Below are positions 61,736 to 64,000 of a stretch of DNA of 64,000 nucleotides, piece after piece (position 1 is the first letter of the stretch; each line of letters begins with the position of its first letter). The position numbers were made by a program, and so were the translations under genes. The stretch is from contig CBDCOH010000002.1 in the NCBI GenBank assembly GCA_965219685.1, forward strand, positions 1,312,001 to 1,376,000. Reading direction: 5' to 3'. Source of the stretch: Candidatus Spongiisociaceae bacterium. Its GTDB lineage: Bacteria; Actinomycetota; Acidimicrobiia; Spongiisociales; Spongiisociaceae. The notes beneath the pieces were generated by a model that saw nothing but the letters and a program-made list of their open reading frames with translations, did no database searches and was not told the origin of the DNA.

Positions 61736-61959
61736 CTCGTTAACTCCTGGGAATCATGGAGGTTGACGAGTACTTATGGACAAAGGGATAGGGTGACCGC
61801 ATGAGTATGCGGGGCCGGAGGTTGAGGGGGTTCACTCGTGAGCGATCTTGTTTCTCAACTGGAGCACCCTGCGAACGATCGCATCGGCGAACAAATCCGC
61901 GCCCCCGCTCGTAGGTCGCCCGCCGCCACGCTCCACATGCTCGTGGGGTGTCCGGGTCT

Positions 61960-62169
61960 TCATTGCAATTGCGCGAGGATCACTGCTGTGGAACTCGCGA
62001 TGGCTGCGATGATCGCCCCGAGGGACCACATCTCCCGTTGGAACGCCGCCCGGTCAGACTCGCGCTGAGAGCTGAGGATCGTGAGGAGGGCACCAGCGAT
62101 GTCGGCACGAACTTCTGCCTGCCGGTCCTCGTCCTTCGCGTCCGCAAGAGCCTCAGTAACTTCGCTCAT
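61960..62169 (-). CDS. Small protein with C-terminal hydrophobic segment
   Basis: Purine-rich RBS before ATG; charged N-terminus and C-terminal TM-like stretch; 69 aa. Confidence 0.4.
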   Translation of the reverse strand: MSEVTEALADAKDEDRQAEVRADIAGALLTILSSQRESDRAAFQREMWSLGAIIAAIASSTAVILAQLQ

Positions 62170-62190
62170 CCCTCGCTCCCCTCTTCGACG

Positions 62191-63063
62191 TTACTCGGAG
62201 AATGCGGAGGATGACAGGCTCTCCTGGAGGGCATAGATGGAGCCGGGCCACGGCCGGGACGGATGGGGCAGCCGCACCGGAACGTCGGCTATCCGCGGCT
62301 CCACGACCGGCTCTCCCCTCAGCAGGCACGCGTTGTACTCGTCCCAGGTACTCCACGTGTCCCAATTGCCGAGGCCGAACAGCGGCCAGGCGTCCGCGGC
62401 CGCCAGTTCGAGGAAAAGCACGCGCCGCGGCCGGTCGGAGGTGTTGGGCGGTGACCCGTGCAACATGCGGATGTGATGGATGGATATCCCGCCTGCCGGG
62501 ACCTCGACCGGCACCGCGTCCGCCGGGTCGAAGTGGTCGCGACCTACCGCGCCTACGAAGTAGCCGTCCTCGTGGTGGTCGTAGACCGGGTGGCGGTGGG
62601 AACCGGGAATCACGAGCAGGGCGCCGTTCTCGGTCGTCGTGTCGTCGATGGCGATTCCCACGGCCAGGAGGTCGTCGTTGGTGTGCGGCATGAAACCCCA
62701 GTCCTGGTGCCACTCCACGACGCTGCCGAAGCCGGCGGACTTCATGTTCAGCTTCTCGCCCGTGAACCGGATGGACGGGCCGATCAGCTGCGCGACCAGG
62801 TCGAGGATGGCGTCGTGATGCAGCATCGACATGTACAGGTCGTGGTGCAGCGAGGGACGCTTGATCCGGCGCACCCGGACGTCGTCGGCCGAGTGGCCGG
62901 GCTCCAGATCGAATCTCTCGTCGCTCTCGGTCATGAACCGGGTGCTCTCGACCAACTCGTCGGTCACCCGTTGCAGCTCGCTGACCTCCGAGGGCGACAG
63001 GACATCCGCGACCGCGACATAGCCGTACTCGTTGTAGAAGTCGATCTGATCCTGGGACAGCAT
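62191..63063 (-). CDS. Phytanoyl-CoA dioxygenase (PhyH) family protein
   Basis: QIDFYNEYGY, WHQD, ENGAL..IPGSH and HGSPPN.S..PRR motifs. Confidence 0.92.
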   Translation of the reverse strand: MLSQDQIDFYNEYGYVAVADVLSPSEVSELQRVTDELVESTRFMTESDERFDLEPGHSADDVRVRRIKRPSLHHDLYMSMLHHDAILDLVAQLIGPSIRFTGEKLNMKSAGFGSVVEWHQDWGFMPHTNDDLLAVGIAIDDTTTENGALLVIPGSHRHPVYDHHEDGYFVGAVGRDHFDPADAVPVEVPAGGISIHHIRMLHGSPPNTSDRPRRVLFLELAAADAWPLFGLGNWDTWSTWDEYNACLLRGEPVVEPRIADVPVRLPHPSRPWPGSIYALQESLSSSAFSE

Positions 63064-63148
63064 GTTCAGCAAGTGGTCTGTCTGTGAAATCGCGGTGTGG
63101 TATGCCGATGGTCGCCCGAGCACACCGAGCTGTTTCGCAGACAGACCA

Positions 63149-64000
63149 CTAGGCGCTCAGCTTGTAGAGGCGGGCGGCGGTGCCTCCCATGATCGCGGCC
63201 AGTTCCTCGTCCGGGAACGGTTCGGTGCCCCGTTGCTCGGCGACATCGTTGACCCTCCGGTAGAGCTCCGGGACCGCCGCGAAGTCTCGACCGATCCGGA
63301 TCTTGTCGCTGTTGTCCGATCCGTACATGGCCCGGTCGGTCGCCACGTATGACCTCAGCATGTCCAGGGCGTCATGGAGGGGCTCGGGCGTTCCCCCGGC
63401 GAAGTGACAGAGATCGGCATGGAAGTTGGGATGCTTCGCCACCATCAGTATCCCTTTGGTCACCCAGGGCCAGTTGATGACGACGATGACCTTCAGGTCG
63501 CGGAAGCGCCGTCCGACGCCGTCCAGCAGGAACGGATCGCCCATCTCCAAAGACGCGTTGATGATGGGGGTCCACCCCGTGAAGAAATGCACCGGGATGT
63601 CCAGCTCGATGGCCTTCTCGTACAGCGGGTCCAGGGTGCGGTCGTTCGGAGAGTAGAGCTGGTAGCTGGGGACAAGCTTGAGAGCCCGGAAGTCCAGCTC
63701 CTTCACACACCGTTCCAGTTCCTCGACCGCCCAGGGGATGCCACGCATCGGGTCGATGCATGCAACGCCCTTCAGCCGGTCCGGGTACAGGGCGACCTGG
63801 TCGGCCGTGTAGTCGTTCGGTACGTACACCTCGTACTCGTCGGGATGGTCGGGATGGAACGTGGTGCGCCGGATGTCGCTCCCCTGCACCATCCCGATGT
63901 CGATACCCGAGGCGTCGAGGAGATCGACCATCCACTCACCGTCGGTGTTGCCGTACTCGCCGCCGTACGGCCTGTACAGCTCCTGCATCCACCAGTGCGG
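63149..64000 (-). CDS. Amidohydrolase_2 family protein (5' end beyond the window)
   Basis: LDPLYEKAIELDIPVH and YGSD motifs; paralogue of 31863-32765. Confidence 0.85.
   Translation of the reverse strand, partial: PHWWMQELYRPYGGEYGNTDGEWMVDLLDASGIDIGMVQGSDIRRTTFHPDHPDEYEVYVPNDYTADQVALYPDRLKGVACIDPMRGIPWAVEELERCVKELDFRALKLVPSYQLYSPNDRTLDPLYEKAIELDIPVHFFTGWTPIINASLEMGDPFLLDGVGRRFRDLKVIVVINWPWVTKGILMVAKHPNFHADLCHFAGGTPEPLHDALDMLRSYVATDRAMYGSDNSDKIRIGRDFAAVPELYRRVNDVAEQRGTEPFPDEELAAIMGGTAARLYKLSA

Overview
High-GC actinobacterial-type sequence. The gene content (sterol reductase, phytanoyl-CoA dioxygenase, many decayed toxin-antitoxin loci) would fit an Acidimicrobiia-like host-associated bacterium, but that is inference only. 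From left to right the window holds gltD/gltB; a FAD oxidoreductase plus two-subunit aconitase X operon; a myo-inositol uptake and catabolism region (ABC transporter, iolC, iolG, iolE, iolD, iolB and accessory enzymes); catabolic genes; and an ERG4/ERG24-like sterol reductase. A defence island of about 19 kb (37.0-56.3 kb) follows: Fic, type I R-M hsdM-hsdS-[cargo]-hsdR, a GIY-YIG/DUF4357 nuclease, a DUF262-DUF1524 GmrSD-like nuclease and an Avs-like STAND NTPase. ABC permeases, orphan antitoxins and acyl-CoA ligase genes close the window. Main observations: (1) HsdR carries a C-terminal Schlafen/AlbA_2 domain with an intact ExxxxExK motif, and a GIY-YIG-DUF4357 gene is translationally coupled to it. 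(2) Fic and the GIY-YIG gene each lie between direct repeats of hsdM or hsdR sequence, suggesting cargo capture with 5'-end replacement. (3) Heptamer-repeat elements sit at gene ends, and some enclose what look like decayed four-helix-bundle (Avd/IVP-like) genes. (4) Four antitoxin genes lack intact toxins. (5) One dehydrogenase probably starts at ATA. No rRNA, tRNA, CRISPR array, integrase or intact transposase was recognised. All family calls come from motifs read by eye; no database search was run.
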